The translations under genes and the position numbers were made by a program. A stretch of DNA of 64,000 nucleotides from Escherichia coli. Lineage in GTDB: Bacteria > Pseudomonadota > Gammaproteobacteria > Enterobacterales > Enterobacteriaceae. The stretch lies in the NCBI RefSeq assembly GCF_050320075.1, contig NZ_CP190018.1; one strand, written 5' to 3'. Every line of letters begins with the position of its first letter. Position 1 is the stretch's first letter. Positions 10,874-23,708 of the stretch are shown here, one piece after another. The notes beneath the pieces are model-generated. The model made no database searches, was not told the DNA's origin, and worked only from the letters and a program-made list of their open reading frames with translations.

Positions 10874-13546
10874 CTACAGCAAGCTCTTGACATAACTGTC
10901 AATGTCGCTGATGTATTTTTCTATTCCTGGAACATCCTTTTCACGAATCAGATGTTCCAGCGTTTCACATAACTGCTTGCCGGGTACCAGATTTAGCATG
11001 GCAAACACGCCTTTAAGACGATGAGCCGTTTGGGCTAACGCAGCAAAGTCACTGGTTGCTGCTTCAGTATACAGCCTCTTAACATCATCCGGTACTGTGT
11101 CTACAAAGAGCGCATAATAGCCGCTGGCATGGAGTTGCGCATTTTCATCTCCGCCCAGAGGCGATTCTGTCACCTCTTCCTGCGCCAGTTGCACTTCAAT
11201 TAATTGTAAGACCGCTTCCTGCATAGCGTTGCTCATATTGAAGTTGACGCACAATTGACCAGGCCCAATTTCCCGTACGCCAGACTCATCATCGCTTAAA
11301 AGCAAGCCAGAGGCAGTAAGATTAGACGGATTATCCGTTAAAAAGATATCATAATCTTGACTAATTAATCTTTCATCGGGTGTGATACAGGTTGCACCCC
11401 AATTTTCTAACTGGCGAGTGACAATATTCCGAATTTCTGCCGAAGTAACATCCACCATTACGCAGACATCATCCAGTAAACGCTCTTCTTCCTCTTCAAC
11501 TTCCGGGTCAGCTGCGAGCATTTTGATATGCACAGAGTAGCGTGTACCAAGCCCATCCCGCGTTTTAATGTTTAAATGACCGCCCAGTTTACGTGCCAGT
11601 TGATCGCTCAGCCAGAATGCCAGCGGGTCCGCCTTGCCATAGCGATCGTTTTGGGTCTGGTTGATAAACGGGAAGTGCAAATTATCCATTTCATGAATGC
11701 TTACGCCTTCTCCGGTGTCCAGAATGCGGAACGTCAGGCGGTCTTCGGAGGACTCATCCTGATCAACCTCAAGGGTGATTTTTCCCAATTGCGTTGAGGT
11801 CACGGCATATTGCATCAGTAGCAGCAAAATGCGTCGTAAGGCATCGCGATCGCCGCGGCGCATATCGTGTGCTTTCAGATGATTGTTAATCAGCAGTTGC
11901 AGACCTTTACGCTTGATGGCAGGCAACACTGAAGGCACAACTTCATCAATTAAATCCTGCACGGAGAACAGCACCGTCTCACTTTTCCAGCTATCATCCG
12001 CAAGCATGTTCGCTAACTGTATTTCATCGACCAGCCGCACCAGCACATCTGCCTGATTCGCCAGTTGTTTGCTTTCCGGGGCGTTGAGTTTAGCCGCGCT
12101 CTCCGCCAGGGACTGTGCAGGTTCTTTCAGCGCATCGCCAATGTTTTTCATAAAGGTCATCCGCCCCTGCTGGTTTTTCTCATACAGACGCTGCGCCTGC
12201 TTGAGTTTCTTGTTTACCAGCACTTCGCGATCCTGATCGCGAATAATGAAAATTTGTGTGCGCGGCGCGACCTGGCTGCGGAACATGCGGATCTCATACA
12301 GCTCGTTATTGATCGTCGCCTGAATAATCCCCTGATGCTGTTCCGCCATGGTGGTGATGTTTTGCAGATTCAAATGCGGCAGCAAATGATCGGCAATTTT
12401 GTTACTTATGACAGTGCGGTTCGATTCCTGATCGTGAACCAGCAGGCCAAGCGGCAGCAGTGAGACTATCTCTTCATTGATTGCACGTAAAATGCGCAAT
12501 TCGTTATTGACCGCCGTGCTGGGGACGTTTTCTGTACTGCGGCTGGAGAAATGGCGGAATGTGGTATAGCCAAATAACGCCAGCGCCAGCAAACCGATAT
12601 TCAGCAGCAGTGGCAGCAGAATGTTTTGCAACGTATCCAGCAGTAAGGTGCCATAAGGAACCTGCCAGACCAGGCGCATATCGGTAGAGTTGAGTGCCGA
12701 GGAGATTTCAATCTTCGTACTGTTAAAGTGGATACTGACGCTATCCGTCCCTTCTTTCTCATTATCATTGTTTCCCGTTGCCGTCGCGTCTGGCTCAAGG
12801 CGGAAACTGTCCAGCGGCATGCCCGGTGGGATCAAATCATTAATCGGCAGATCAAAAGCCACGACCGTTGCCAGATGTCCCGGCTGGTTAAAGGTAGTAC
12901 GCAAGGTAAAGTAATGACCGTTCTGCCAGGCTAGGCGGCGCATGTTAGAAAAGCTTTCGCGTTCATCGAGGGCGTTGGCCTGTTGCAACATCTCTGCACG
13001 ACGTGAATCAACAATGTCGCTGACGGTCGATTCTTTAAATCCGGAGGTGAGATCTTTAAGGGGCAGGGTTGAGATCAGCACCAGGCTGTTATCCTGACCA
13101 TTCAGGTAATACATCGACCACGGTACATTTTCTGCGCCCCACAATGTATCCAGATAAGTGGACATCCGTTGAGTCATCTCAAGCGTTGAGTTGTCGTGAG
13201 AGCCAAAGATTAACGCTTCCGTTTTGCGGCGCGGTTTTTCCAGATAGTAGACATCCTGTTTCAGGCGCGTCTCTTGTAAACCTTCGCCGGAGGAGGGGGA
13301 GGTCGTCGCGGCAATGTTGTCGTAGATCTGCCAGGTCACGTAACGCCAGGTATCGACGCGCTTTTGGATTGCGTGGGTAATGTCGACAATCTGGTAACTT
13401 TTATCTTTCAGCCAGGCGTTAACGGCGCTTTGTACCATTACTCCCATCGTCACCAGTAACACAATGATCAACAGTAAAAAGAAGCGGGTAATGCTCCCCG
13501 GTAGGAGTGAAAAGCGGGTCGTGGCCGTTGTCTCTTTCTGACGCAT
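10874..13546 (-). CDS. rcsD: Rcs phosphotransfer protein (HPt domain)
   Basis: 890-aa ORF directly upstream of rcsB with N-terminal TM region and C-terminal HPt-like region (HRLKG). Confidence 0.85.
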   Translation of the reverse strand: MRQKETTATTRFSLLPGSITRFFLLLIIVLLVTMGVMVQSAVNAWLKDKSYQIVDITHAIQKRVDTWRYVTWQIYDNIAATTSPSSGEGLQETRLKQDVYYLEKPRRKTEALIFGSHDNSTLEMTQRMSTYLDTLWGAENVPWSMYYLNGQDNSLVLISTLPLKDLTSGFKESTVSDIVDSRRAEMLQQANALDERESFSNMRRLAWQNGHYFTLRTTFNQPGHLATVVAFDLPINDLIPPGMPLDSFRLEPDATATGNNDNEKEGTDSVSIHFNSTKIEISSALNSTDMRLVWQVPYGTLLLDTLQNILLPLLLNIGLLALALFGYTTFRHFSSRSTENVPSTAVNNELRILRAINEEIVSLLPLGLLVHDQESNRTVISNKIADHLLPHLNLQNITTMAEQHQGIIQATINNELYEIRMFRSQVAPRTQIFIIRDQDREVLVNKKLKQAQRLYEKNQQGRMTFMKNIGDALKEPAQSLAESAAKLNAPESKQLANQADVLVRLVDEIQLANMLADDSWKSETVLFSVQDLIDEVVPSVLPAIKRKGLQLLINNHLKAHDMRRGDRDALRRILLLLMQYAVTSTQLGKITLEVDQDESSEDRLTFRILDTGEGVSIHEMDNLHFPFINQTQNDRYGKADPLAFWLSDQLARKLGGHLNIKTRDGLGTRYSVHIKMLAADPEVEEEEERLLDDVCVMVDVTSAEIRNIVTRQLENWGATCITPDERLISQDYDIFLTDNPSNLTASGLLLSDDESGVREIGPGQLCVNFNMSNAMQEAVLQLIEVQLAQEEVTESPLGGDENAQLHASGYYALFVDTVPDDVKRLYTEAATSDFAALAQTAHRLKGVFAMLNLVPGKQLCETLEHLIREKDVPGIEKYISDIDSYVKSLL

Positions 13547-13857
13547 TCGTGTTTATGACCTGTTAAAACTTCGCGAAGTGATAGGGCAGTATAAAGGGTA
13601 CAGTGTGAAATTCCAGACTCTTACCTGATTGATGATTCTCTATTCTCCCGTGATATTTATCATCCTGCATTGGGGGAAATAGATGTACAAGCGCCATTTT
13701 GCTGTACAAATAACCTACAAAAAGCCCAACGAAATTAATTGCAAATAAACGAAGATTGCTGGAAATTATGCTAATGTTAATTATTTGTGAAATAGTTAAC
13801 AAGCGTTATAGTTTTTCTGTGGTAGCACAGAATAATGAAAAGTGTGTAAAGAAGGGT

Positions 13858-13950
13858 AAAAAAAACCGGATGCGAGGCATCCGGTTGAAATAGGGGTAAA
13901 CAGACATTCAGAAATGAATGACGGTAATAAATAAAGTTAATGATGATAGC
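13858..13950 (-). ncRNA. micF: MicF antisense sRNA
   Basis: Minus strand reads GCTATCATCATTAACTTTATTTATTACCGTCATTCATTTCTGAATGTCTGTTTACCCCTATTTCAACCGGATGCCTCGCATCCGGTTTTTTTT with a terminal hairpin plus U-run; divergent from ompC as expected. Confidence 0.85.
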
Positions 13951-14269
13951 GGGAGTTATTCTAGTTGCGAGTGAAGGTTTTGTTTTGACATTCAGTGCTG
14001 TCAAATACTTAAGAATAAGTTATTGATTTTACCCTTGAATTATTATTGCTTGATGTTAGGTGCTTATTTCGCCATTCCGCAATAATCTTAAAAAGTTCCC
14101 TTGTATTTACATTTTGAAACATCTATAGCGATAAATGAAACATCTTAAAAGTTTTAGTATCATATTCGTGTTGGATTATTCTGCATTTTTGGGGAGAATG
14201 GACCTGCCGACTGATTAATGAGGGTTAATCAGTATGCAGTGGCATAAAAAAGCAAATAAAGGCATATAA

Positions 14270-15379
<1,110 letters not shown>

Positions 15380-15397
15380 TCTCGATTGATATCGAAC

Positions 15398-15421
15398 AAA
15401 GGGCCTGCGGGCCCTTTTTTC
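15398..15421 (+). terminator. rho-independent terminator of ompC
   Basis: AAAGGGCC-tgcg-GGCCCTTTTTTC: GC stem followed by T-run, 19 nt after the stop. Confidence 0.8.
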
Positions 15422-15490
15422 ATTGTTTTCAGCGTACAAACACAGTTTTTTGGTGTACTCTTGCGACCGTTCGCATGAGGATAATCACGT

Positions 15491-16546
15491 ATGGAAATAA
15501 GCTTTACCCGCGTGGCACTGCTGGCTGCCGCGCTCTTCTTTGTTGGTTGCGATCAAAAAACACAACCCGCCAAAACCCACGCTACTGAAGTTACCGTTCT
15601 TGAAGGCAAAACCATGGGTACCTTCTGGCGTGCCAGCATTCCGGGCATTGACGCCAAACGCAGTGCCGAACTTAAAGAAAAGATTCAGACCCAGCTGGAC
15701 GCCGACGATCAGCTGCTTTCGACCTATAAAAAAGATTCCGCGCTGATGCGATTTAACGACTCGCAAAGTTTATCGCCGTGGCCGGTAAGTGAAGCGATGG
15801 CCGATATCGTCACCACCTCGCTGCGCATTGGCGCAAGGACCGATGGTGCGATGGATATAACCGTCGGGCCGCTGGTGAATCTGTGGGGCTTTGGCCCGGA
15901 ACAACAGCCGGTTCAAATTCCGAGCCAGGAACAGATCGATGCGATGAAAGCCAAAACCGGCTTACAGCACCTGTCGGTCATTAATCAGTCGCATCAGCAA
16001 TATCTGCAAAAAGACCTGCCGGATTTATATGTCGATCTCTCCACTGTCGGTGAAGGTTATGCGGCGGATCACCTGGCACGCTTGATGGAGCAGGAAGGTA
16101 TTTCTCGCTACCTGGTGTCGGTGGGCGGGGCGCTGAACAGCCGTGGTATGAACGGTGAAGGCCAGCCGTGGCGAGTGGCGATTCAAAAACCAACCGATAA
16201 AGAAAACGCAGTTCAGGCGGTGGTGGATATCAACGGCCACGGTATCAGCACCTCCGGCAGCTACCGCAACTATTACGAACTGGACGGCAAACGCCTTTCT
16301 CATGTTATCGATCCGCAAACCGGACGACCTATCGAGCATAATCTGGTATCCGTGACGGTGATTGCACCGACGGCGCTGGAAGCCGACGCCTGGGATACAG
16401 GTTTGATGGTGCTCGGGCCAGAGAAAGCCAAAGAGGTTGTTCGCCGGGAAGGGCTGGCGGTTTATATGATCACCAAAGAGGGCGATAGCTTTAAAACCTG
16501 GATGTCGCCGCAGTTTAAAAGCTTCCTGGTGAGCGAAAAAAATTAA
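15491..16546 (+). CDS. apbE: FAD:protein FMN transferase (lipoprotein)
   Basis: 351-aa ORF with lipobox (LFFVGC) and ApbE-family sequence. Confidence 0.85.
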   Translation: MEISFTRVALLAAALFFVGCDQKTQPAKTHATEVTVLEGKTMGTFWRASIPGIDAKRSAELKEKIQTQLDADDQLLSTYKKDSALMRFNDSQSLSPWPVSEAMADIVTTSLRIGARTDGAMDITVGPLVNLWGFGPEQQPVQIPSQEQIDAMKAKTGLQHLSVINQSHQQYLQKDLPDLYVDLSTVGEGYAADHLARLMEQEGISRYLVSVGGALNSRGMNGEGQPWRVAIQKPTDKENAVQAVVDINGHGISTSGSYRNYYELDGKRLSHVIDPQTGRPIEHNLVSVTVIAPTALEADAWDTGLMVLGPEKAKEVVRREGLAVYMITKEGDSFKTWMSPQFKSFLVSEKN

Positions 16547-16619
16547 AGCGCAAGATTGTTGGTTTTTGTGTGATGGTGACCGGACAGACTAAAGGCTATC
16601 CTTAACCAGGGAGCTGATT

Positions 16620-17684
16620 ATGAAAAACGCCACACGCTTAACTGACGATCAACGCTGGCAATCTGTCTTAGCACGCGACCCGAACGCCGACGGCGAATTC
16701 GTTTTCGCCGTGCGCACCACGGGTATCTTTTGCCGTCCGTCTTGCCGCGCCAGACATGCCTTGCGGGAAAACGTTTCTTTCTATACGGATGCCAGCGAGG
16801 CGCTTGCCGCTGGCTTTCGCCCCTGCAAACGTTGTCAGCCAGATAAAGCCAATGCCCAGCAACATCGCCTTGATAAAATTACCCACGCCTGCCGACTGCT
16901 GGAACAGGAAACGCCTGTAACGCTGGAAGCCTTAGCTGACCAGGTGGCGATGAGTCCGTTCCATTTGCATCGATTGTTTAAAGCGACTACCGGAATGACG
17001 CCGAAAGCCTGGCAACAGGCATGGCGTGCTCGCCGTTTACGCGACTCGCTGGCGAAAGGGGAGAGCGTGACTACATCTATTCTTAACGCTGGATTCCCCG
17101 ACAGCAGCAGTTACTACCGTAAAGCCGACGAAACGTTGGGCATGACGGCTAAACAGTTTCGTCACGGAGGTGAAAATCTGGCTGTGCGTTATGCGCTGGC
17201 TGATTGTGAACTGGGCCGTTGCCTGGTGGCTGAAAGCGAGCGGGGGATTTGCGCGATATTGCTGGGCGATGATGACGCGACATTAATCAGCGAGTTGCAG
17301 CAGATGTTTCCCGCTGCCGACAACGCGCCTGCCGATTTGACGTTTCAACAACATGTGCGTGACGTGATCGCCAGCCTCAATCAACGCGATACGCCGCTGA
17401 CGTTACCGCTGGATATTCGCGGCACTGCTTTTCAGCAACAAGTCTGGCAGGCACTGCGCACGATACCTTGCGGTGAAACCGTCAGTTATCAGCAACTGGC
17501 TAACGCCATCGGCAAACCGAAAGCGGTACGGGCCGTTGCCAGCGCCTGTGCCGCCAACAAGCTGGCTATCGTAATACCCTGTCATCGAGTGGTCCGTGGT
17601 GATGGCACACTTTCAGGTTACCGCTGGGGCGTGTCGCGTAAAGCGCAACTGCTGCGCCGCGAAGCTGAGAATGAGGAGAGGTAA
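16620..17684 (+). CDS. ada: bifunctional transcriptional activator / O6-methylguanine-DNA methyltransferase Ada
   Basis: 354-aa ORF; N-terminal Cys cluster (CRPSCRARH...CKRC), AraC-type HTH, C-terminal PCHRV active site. Confidence 0.9.
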   Translation: MKNATRLTDDQRWQSVLARDPNADGEFVFAVRTTGIFCRPSCRARHALRENVSFYTDASEALAAGFRPCKRCQPDKANAQQHRLDKITHACRLLEQETPVTLEALADQVAMSPFHLHRLFKATTGMTPKAWQQAWRARRLRDSLAKGESVTTSILNAGFPDSSSYYRKADETLGMTAKQFRHGGENLAVRYALADCELGRCLVAESERGICAILLGDDDATLISELQQMFPAADNAPADLTFQQHVRDVIASLNQRDTPLTLPLDIRGTAFQQQVWQALRTIPCGETVSYQQLANAIGKPKAVRAVASACAANKLAIVIPCHRVVRGDGTLSGYRWGVSRKAQLLRREAENEER

Positions 17685-18334
17685 TGTTGGATCTGTTTGC
17701 CGATGCTGAACCGTGGCAAGAGCCACTGGCGGCTGGTGCGGTAATTTTACGGCGTTTTGCTTTTAATGCTGCGGAGCAACTGATCCGCGATATTAATGAC
17801 GTTGCCAGCCAGTCGCCGTTTCGCCAGATGGTCACCCCCGGGGGATATACTATGTCGGTGGCGATGACCAACTGTGGGCATCTGGGCTGGACGACCCATC
17901 GGCAAGGTTATCTCTATTCGCCCATTGATCCGCAAACAAATAAACCGTGGCCCGCCATGCCACAAAGCTTTCATGATTTATGTCAACGTGCGGCTACGGC
18001 GGCGGGCTATCCAGATTTCCAGCCAGATGCTTGTCTTATCAACCGCTACGCTCCTGGCGCGAAACTGTCGCTGCATCAGGATAAAGACGAACCGGATCTG
18101 CGCGCGCCGATTGTTTCTGTTTCTCTGGGCTTACCCGCGATTTTTCAATTTGGCGGCCTGAAACGAAATGATCCGCTAAAACGTTTGTTGTTGGAACATG
18201 GCGATGTGGTGGTATGGGGCGGTGAATCGCGGCTGTTTTATCATGGGATTCAACCGTTGAAAGCGGGGTTTCATCCACTCACCACCGACTGCCGCTACAA
18301 CCTGACATTCCGTCAGGCAGGTAAAAAAGAATAA
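17684..18334 (+). CDS. alkB: alpha-ketoglutarate/Fe(II)-dependent DNA dioxygenase AlkB
   Basis: 216-aa ORF whose ATG overlaps the ada stop by 1 nt (TAATG); HxD...H motif region (LHQDKDE). Confidence 0.9.
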   Translation: MLDLFADAEPWQEPLAAGAVILRRFAFNAAEQLIRDINDVASQSPFRQMVTPGGYTMSVAMTNCGHLGWTTHRQGYLYSPIDPQTNKPWPAMPQSFHDLCQRAATAAGYPDFQPDACLINRYAPGAKLSLHQDKDEPDLRAPIVSVSLGLPAIFQFGGLKRNDPLKRLLLEHGDVVVWGGESRLFYHGIQPLKAGFHPLTTDCRYNLTFRQAGKKE

Positions 18335-18409
18335 AAATAAGAATTATTATTGCTGTGCGCGCGAAGATGTTTAAACTGCGGGCTGTAATTCATTGTCCGG
18401 GTTTTCTGC

Positions 18410-20053
18410 ATGGAACTTCTTGTACTTGTCTGGCGGCAGTATCGCTGGCCATTTATCAGTGTGATGGCGCTAAGCCTCGCCAGTGCGGCATTAGGCATTG
18501 GCTTAATTGCTTTTATCAATCAGCGCCTTATCGAAACGGCGGATACCAGTCTGCTGGTGTTGCCGGAGTTTCTGGGGTTATTGCTGCTGTTGATGGCCGT
18601 CACTCTCGGATCGCAACTGGCGCTCACCACTTTGGGGCATCACTTCGTTTACCGACTGCGTAGTGAATTTATCAAGCGAATTCTCGATACCCACGTCGAG
18701 CGCATTGAACAACTTGGTAGCGCCTCGTTGTTGGCGGGGTTAACCAGCGATGTGCGCAATATCACCATTGCTTTTGTGCGTCTGCCGGAACTGGTGCAGG
18801 GGATCATCCTCACTATCGGTTCCGCGGCGTACTTGTGGATGCTGTCGGGCAAAATGTTGCTGGTAACGGCTATCTGGATGGCAGTCACCATCTGGGGCGG
18901 TTTTATACTGGTGGCGCGGGTGTACAAACATATGGCGACCCTGCGTGAAACCGAAGACAAGCTGTACACGGATTTTCAAACCGTACTCGAAGGGCGCAAA
19001 GAGCTGACTCTGAACCGGGAACGCGCCGAGTATGTGTTTAACAACCTCTACATTCCTGATGCGCAAGAGTATCGCCATCATATTATCCGCGCAGACACCT
19101 TCCATCTTAGTGCCGTGAACTGGTCAAACATCATGATGCTGGGCGCAATCGGTCTGGTGTTCTGGATGGCGAACAGTCTCGGTTGGGCTGATACCAACGT
19201 TGCCGCGACCTATTCGTTGACGCTGTTATTCCTGCGTACGCCGCTGCTTTCGGCGGTTGGTGCATTACCGACGCTGCTGACGGCGCAGGTGGCGTTTAAC
19301 AAGCTGAACAAATTCGCACTCGCGCCTTTCAAAGCAGAGTTTCCGCGCCCACAGGCGTTTCCCAACTGGCAAACGCTGGAGCTGCGTAACGTGACGTTTG
19401 CTTATCAGGATAACGCGTTTTCCGTTGGGCCGATTAACCTCACCATCAAACGTGGCGAGCTGCTGTTTCTGATTGGCGGCAACGGTAGCGGAAAATCGAC
19501 GCTGGCGATGTTGCTGACGGGCTTGTATCAGCCACAAAGCGGCGAAATCTTGCTGGATGGCAACCCTGTCAGCGGCGAACAACCGGAAGATTATCGCAAA
19601 CTGTTTTCGGCAGTGTTTACCGATGTCTGGCTGTTCGATCAACTGTTGGGGCCGGAGGGTCAACCCGCTAACCCGCAACTGATTGAGAAGTGGCTGGTGC
19701 AGCTGAAAATGGCTCATAAGCTTGAGTTAAGCAACGGGCGTATTGTTAACCTGAAGTTATCAAAAGGGCAGAAAAAACGCGTCGCGCTGTTGCTGGCGCT
19801 GGCAGAAGAACGCGATATTATCCTGCTGGATGAATGGGCGGCGGATCAGGATCCACACTTCCGTCGTGAGTTTTATCAGGTGTTGCTGCCGCTGATGCAG
19901 GAGATGGGTAAAACTATTTTCGCCATCAGTCATGATGATCATTACTTTATCCACGCCGACCGCCTGCTGGAAATGCGCAACGGGCTACTTAGCGAGCTGA
20001 CAGGCGAAGAGCGCGATGCTGCTTCGCGTGATGCCGTTGCCCGGACGGCATAA
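18410..20053 (+). CDS. yojI: ABC transporter, fused permease/ATPase (microcin J25 efflux type)
   Basis: 547-aa ORF: N-terminal 6-TM domain, Walker [13 protein letters not shown] signature LSKGQKKR, Walker B ILLDE. Confidence 0.85.
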   Translation: MELLVLVWRQYRWPFISVMALSLASAALGIGLIAFINQRLIETADTSLLVLPEFLGLLLLLMAVTLGSQLALTTLGHHFVYRLRSEFIKRILDTHVERIEQLGSASLLAGLTSDVRNITIAFVRLPELVQGIILTIGSAAYLWMLSGKMLLVTAIWMAVTIWGGFILVARVYKHMATLRETEDKLYTDFQTVLEGRKELTLNRERAEYVFNNLYIPDAQEYRHHIIRADTFHLSAVNWSNIMMLGAIGLVFWMANSLGWADTNVAATYSLTLLFLRTPLLSAVGALPTLLTAQVAFNKLNKFALAPFKAEFPRPQAFPNWQTLELRNVTFAYQDNAFSVGPINLTIKRGELLFLIGGNGSGKSTLAMLLTGLYQPQSGEILLDGNPVSGEQPEDYRKLFSAVFTDVWLFDQLLGPEGQPANPQLIEKWLVQLKMAHKLELSNGRIVNLKLSKGQKKRVALLLALAEERDIILLDEWAADQDPHFRREFYQVLLPLMQEMGKTIFAISHDDHYFIHADRLLEMRNGLLSELTGEERDAASRDAVARTA

Positions 20054-20065
20054 TATTTCGACGCT

Positions 20066-20092
20066 GACCTGGCGGACTGCTGCTGCCAGGTC
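20066..20092 (+). terminator. hairpin downstream of yojI (possible terminator)
   Basis: GACCTGGC-ggactgctgct-GCCAGGTC, 8-bp perfect stem 13 nt after the yojI stop; the 3' T-run is weak. Confidence 0.4.
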
Positions 20093-20258
20093 AATATTCT
20101 AAAAATCCCTTCGTTTCTAATAACCCTATAATTAATCAACGAAATTATAATGTTTCTAAAAATAGAATATAATTTATAAACATTATTTAAATGTTGTTAC
20201 TTAAGTGTTACCGTTGATGCCGCGCAAATCTCACCTGCAATAAAGCGACTAAAAGTAA

Positions 20259-21917
<1,659 letters not shown>

Positions 21918-21920
21918 TGA

Positions 21921-22045
21921 TGTGCCACATCCGGCATGGTATGCCGGATGTGGCGTATGCTGATAAGACGCGCCAGCGTCGCATCAGGCAACCGGCTTGG
22001 GCGTTAGATGTCGGATGCGGCGTGACCGCCTTATCCGACCTACGG
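21921..22045. repeat. REP/BIME cluster between convergent mqo and eco
   Basis: Contains GCCACATCCGGCAT-ggt-ATGCCGGATGTGGC (14-bp perfect inverted repeat), CTGATAAGACGCGCCAGCGTCGCATCAGGC and GATGTCGGATGCGGCGTGACCGCCTTATCCGACCTAC. Confidence 0.7.
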
Positions 22046-22066
22046 GGTGGAGCACTTCACGGCAGT

Positions 22067-22555
22067 TTAGCGGACTACCGCGTTGTCAATTTTCTCTTCC
22101 GCCTTCCAGATGCGGTACTTCACATCCACATTGTCTGGCGTATACACCACGATCGGCAGCTTGCTGTTATAACGCAGCATTCCGGCATCGCCCAGATACG
22201 CGGTGACAAATTTCTTCTCTTTCTTGCCATCCGGGCAGGCCATCATCGTCGAAACCGGGGAACTGACTTTATCAAAGACATAATAATCATAGCCCCAGCC
22301 TTCCAGCGTTTTGCTTTCCAGCTTCCCGCCGAGACGATGCAAATTGCAATCGACTTCCAGCGTCTGACCGATTAACAGTTCTACTTTCAGGGTAGATTCA
22401 TCTTCTTGCGGGGTTAACTGAATCACCTGACGCTTCATGCCTTTTTCAGCTTGCGGATAAGGCGCGATTTTTTCCAGTGGCTGGACGCTCTCTGCCGCCC
22501 AGGCGGAGGTGGTGGCGAAAGCGGCAAACAATACTGCAGGTAGAATGGTCTTCAT
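22067..22555 (-). CDS. eco: ecotin (periplasmic serine protease inhibitor)
   Basis: 162-aa ORF with signal peptide [20 protein letters not shown] and ecotin-like sequence ending ...VVR. Confidence 0.85.
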   Translation of the reverse strand: MKTILPAVLFAAFATTSAWAAESVQPLEKIAPYPQAEKGMKRQVIQLTPQEDESTLKVELLIGQTLEVDCNLHRLGGKLESKTLEGWGYDYYVFDKVSSPVSTMMACPDGKKEKKFVTAYLGDAGMLRYNSKLPIVVYTPDNVDVKYRIWKAEEKIDNAVVR

Positions 22556-22812
22556 TTTTGCTTTCCTTCTTCATTTATAGGTTTTCACCGATGATGTCGC
22601 TGAAGGTTAACATATTCATCAGATTTATTAATTTGCTTTATGAATAACTTAAAGAACATTCAGATAATTTTACCTGCTCTTTTAGTGTTAAATTCTGATG
22701 AGAGAGCAAACCAACAGAAATATTTCTGGTGAATTAATCGCTATATAAATATGTTTATAACCATTTGAAATGTGAGCAAAAGCCCGTTTTTGCCACGCTT
22801 CCCGCCACTCTT

Positions 22813-22847
22813 TTGATCCTGCTACAGGTTTTACCCCGATCGGGGTA
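22813..22847 (+). promoter_or_regulatory. napF promoter control region: NarP/NarL 7-2-7 site plus adjacent FNR-like half-site
   Basis: TACCCCGATCGGGGTA (22832-22847) is a perfect 7-2-7 heptamer inverted repeat; TTGATcctgCTACA (22813-22826) sits 20 bp upstream, the expected FNR position, but only the TTGAT half matches consensus. Confidence 0.6.
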
Positions 22848-22960
22848 TGCATCTTTGACACATCCTTTAATATCTTAGCGGCTATAAAAATGGCTTATTA
22901 ATTATGCGGTTTATTTGGTCGCTCTCAATTTTCAGAGCGCGTTAATGATGGAAGGTCAAT

Positions 22961-23455
22961 GTGAAGATTGATGCATCCCGTCGGGGCATACTCACTGGTC
23001 GCTGGCGCAAAGCCAGTAACGGTATCCGTCCGCCCTGGTCCGGTGATGAATCTCATTTTCTGACCCATTGCACCCGCTGCGACGCCTGTATTAATGCTTG
23101 TGAAAACAACATTCTGCAACGCGGCGCGGGTGGCTATCCGAGTGTTAATTTCAAAAATAACGAGTGCAGCTTCTGTTACGCCTGCGCGCAGGCTTGCCCC
23201 GAATCGCTATTTTCTCCGCGCCACACCAGGGCCTGGGATTTGCTGTTCACCATCGGGGAGGCGTGCCTGGCGTATCAAACAGTTGAATGCCGCCGCTGTC
23301 AGGATAGCTGTGAGCCAATGGCAATTATCTTTCGCCCGACGCTCTCCGGGATCTACCAGCCGCAACTTAATAGCCAACTTTGCAACGGATGTGGAGCATG
23401 TGCAGCCAGCTGTCCGGTATCAGCCATAACTGCGGAGTATCTCCATGCACACTAA
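22961..23455 (+). CDS. napF: ferredoxin-type protein NapF
   Basis: 164-aa ORF with several CxxCxxCxxxCP 4Fe-4S motifs; first gene of the nap operon. Confidence 0.85.
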   Translation: MKIDASRRGILTGRWRKASNGIRPPWSGDESHFLTHCTRCDACINACENNILQRGAGGYPSVNFKNNECSFCYACAQACPESLFSPRHTRAWDLLFTIGEACLAYQTVECRRCQDSCEPMAIIFRPTLSGIYQPQLNSQLCNGCGACAASCPVSAITAEYLHAH

Positions 23456-23708
23456 CTGGCAAGTTTGCAGCCTGGTCGTGCAGGCCAAAAGCGAACGAAT
23501 TTCAGACATCAGCACCCAACTGAACGCCTTTCCCGGCTGTGAAGTTGCTGTCAGCGACGCGCCGAGCGGTCAGTTGATTGTGGTGGTGGAAGCAGAAGAC
23601 AGCGAAACGCTGATTCAAACCATTGAGTCAGTACGCAACGTAGAGGGCGTGCTGGCGGTGTCGCTGGTTTATCACCAGCAGGAAGAGCAAGGTGAGGAAA
23701 CACCATGA
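23445..23708 (+). CDS. napD: NapA chaperone NapD
   Basis: 87-aa ORF overlapping napF end and napA start. Confidence 0.8.
   Translation: MHTNWQVCSLVVQAKSERISDISTQLNAFPGCEVAVSDAPSGQLIVVVEAEDSETLIQTIESVRNVEGVLAVSLVYHQQEEQGEETP

Noticed and set aside
10857-10902. N-terminal extensions in the ORF track for rcsB (and similarly narP, rsuA, rplY, atoS, napB, ccmC, yejF)
   Set aside because: Extensions are short in-frame upstream Met codons preceding the conserved family N-termini; the shorter starts match known protein N-termini and operon overlaps.
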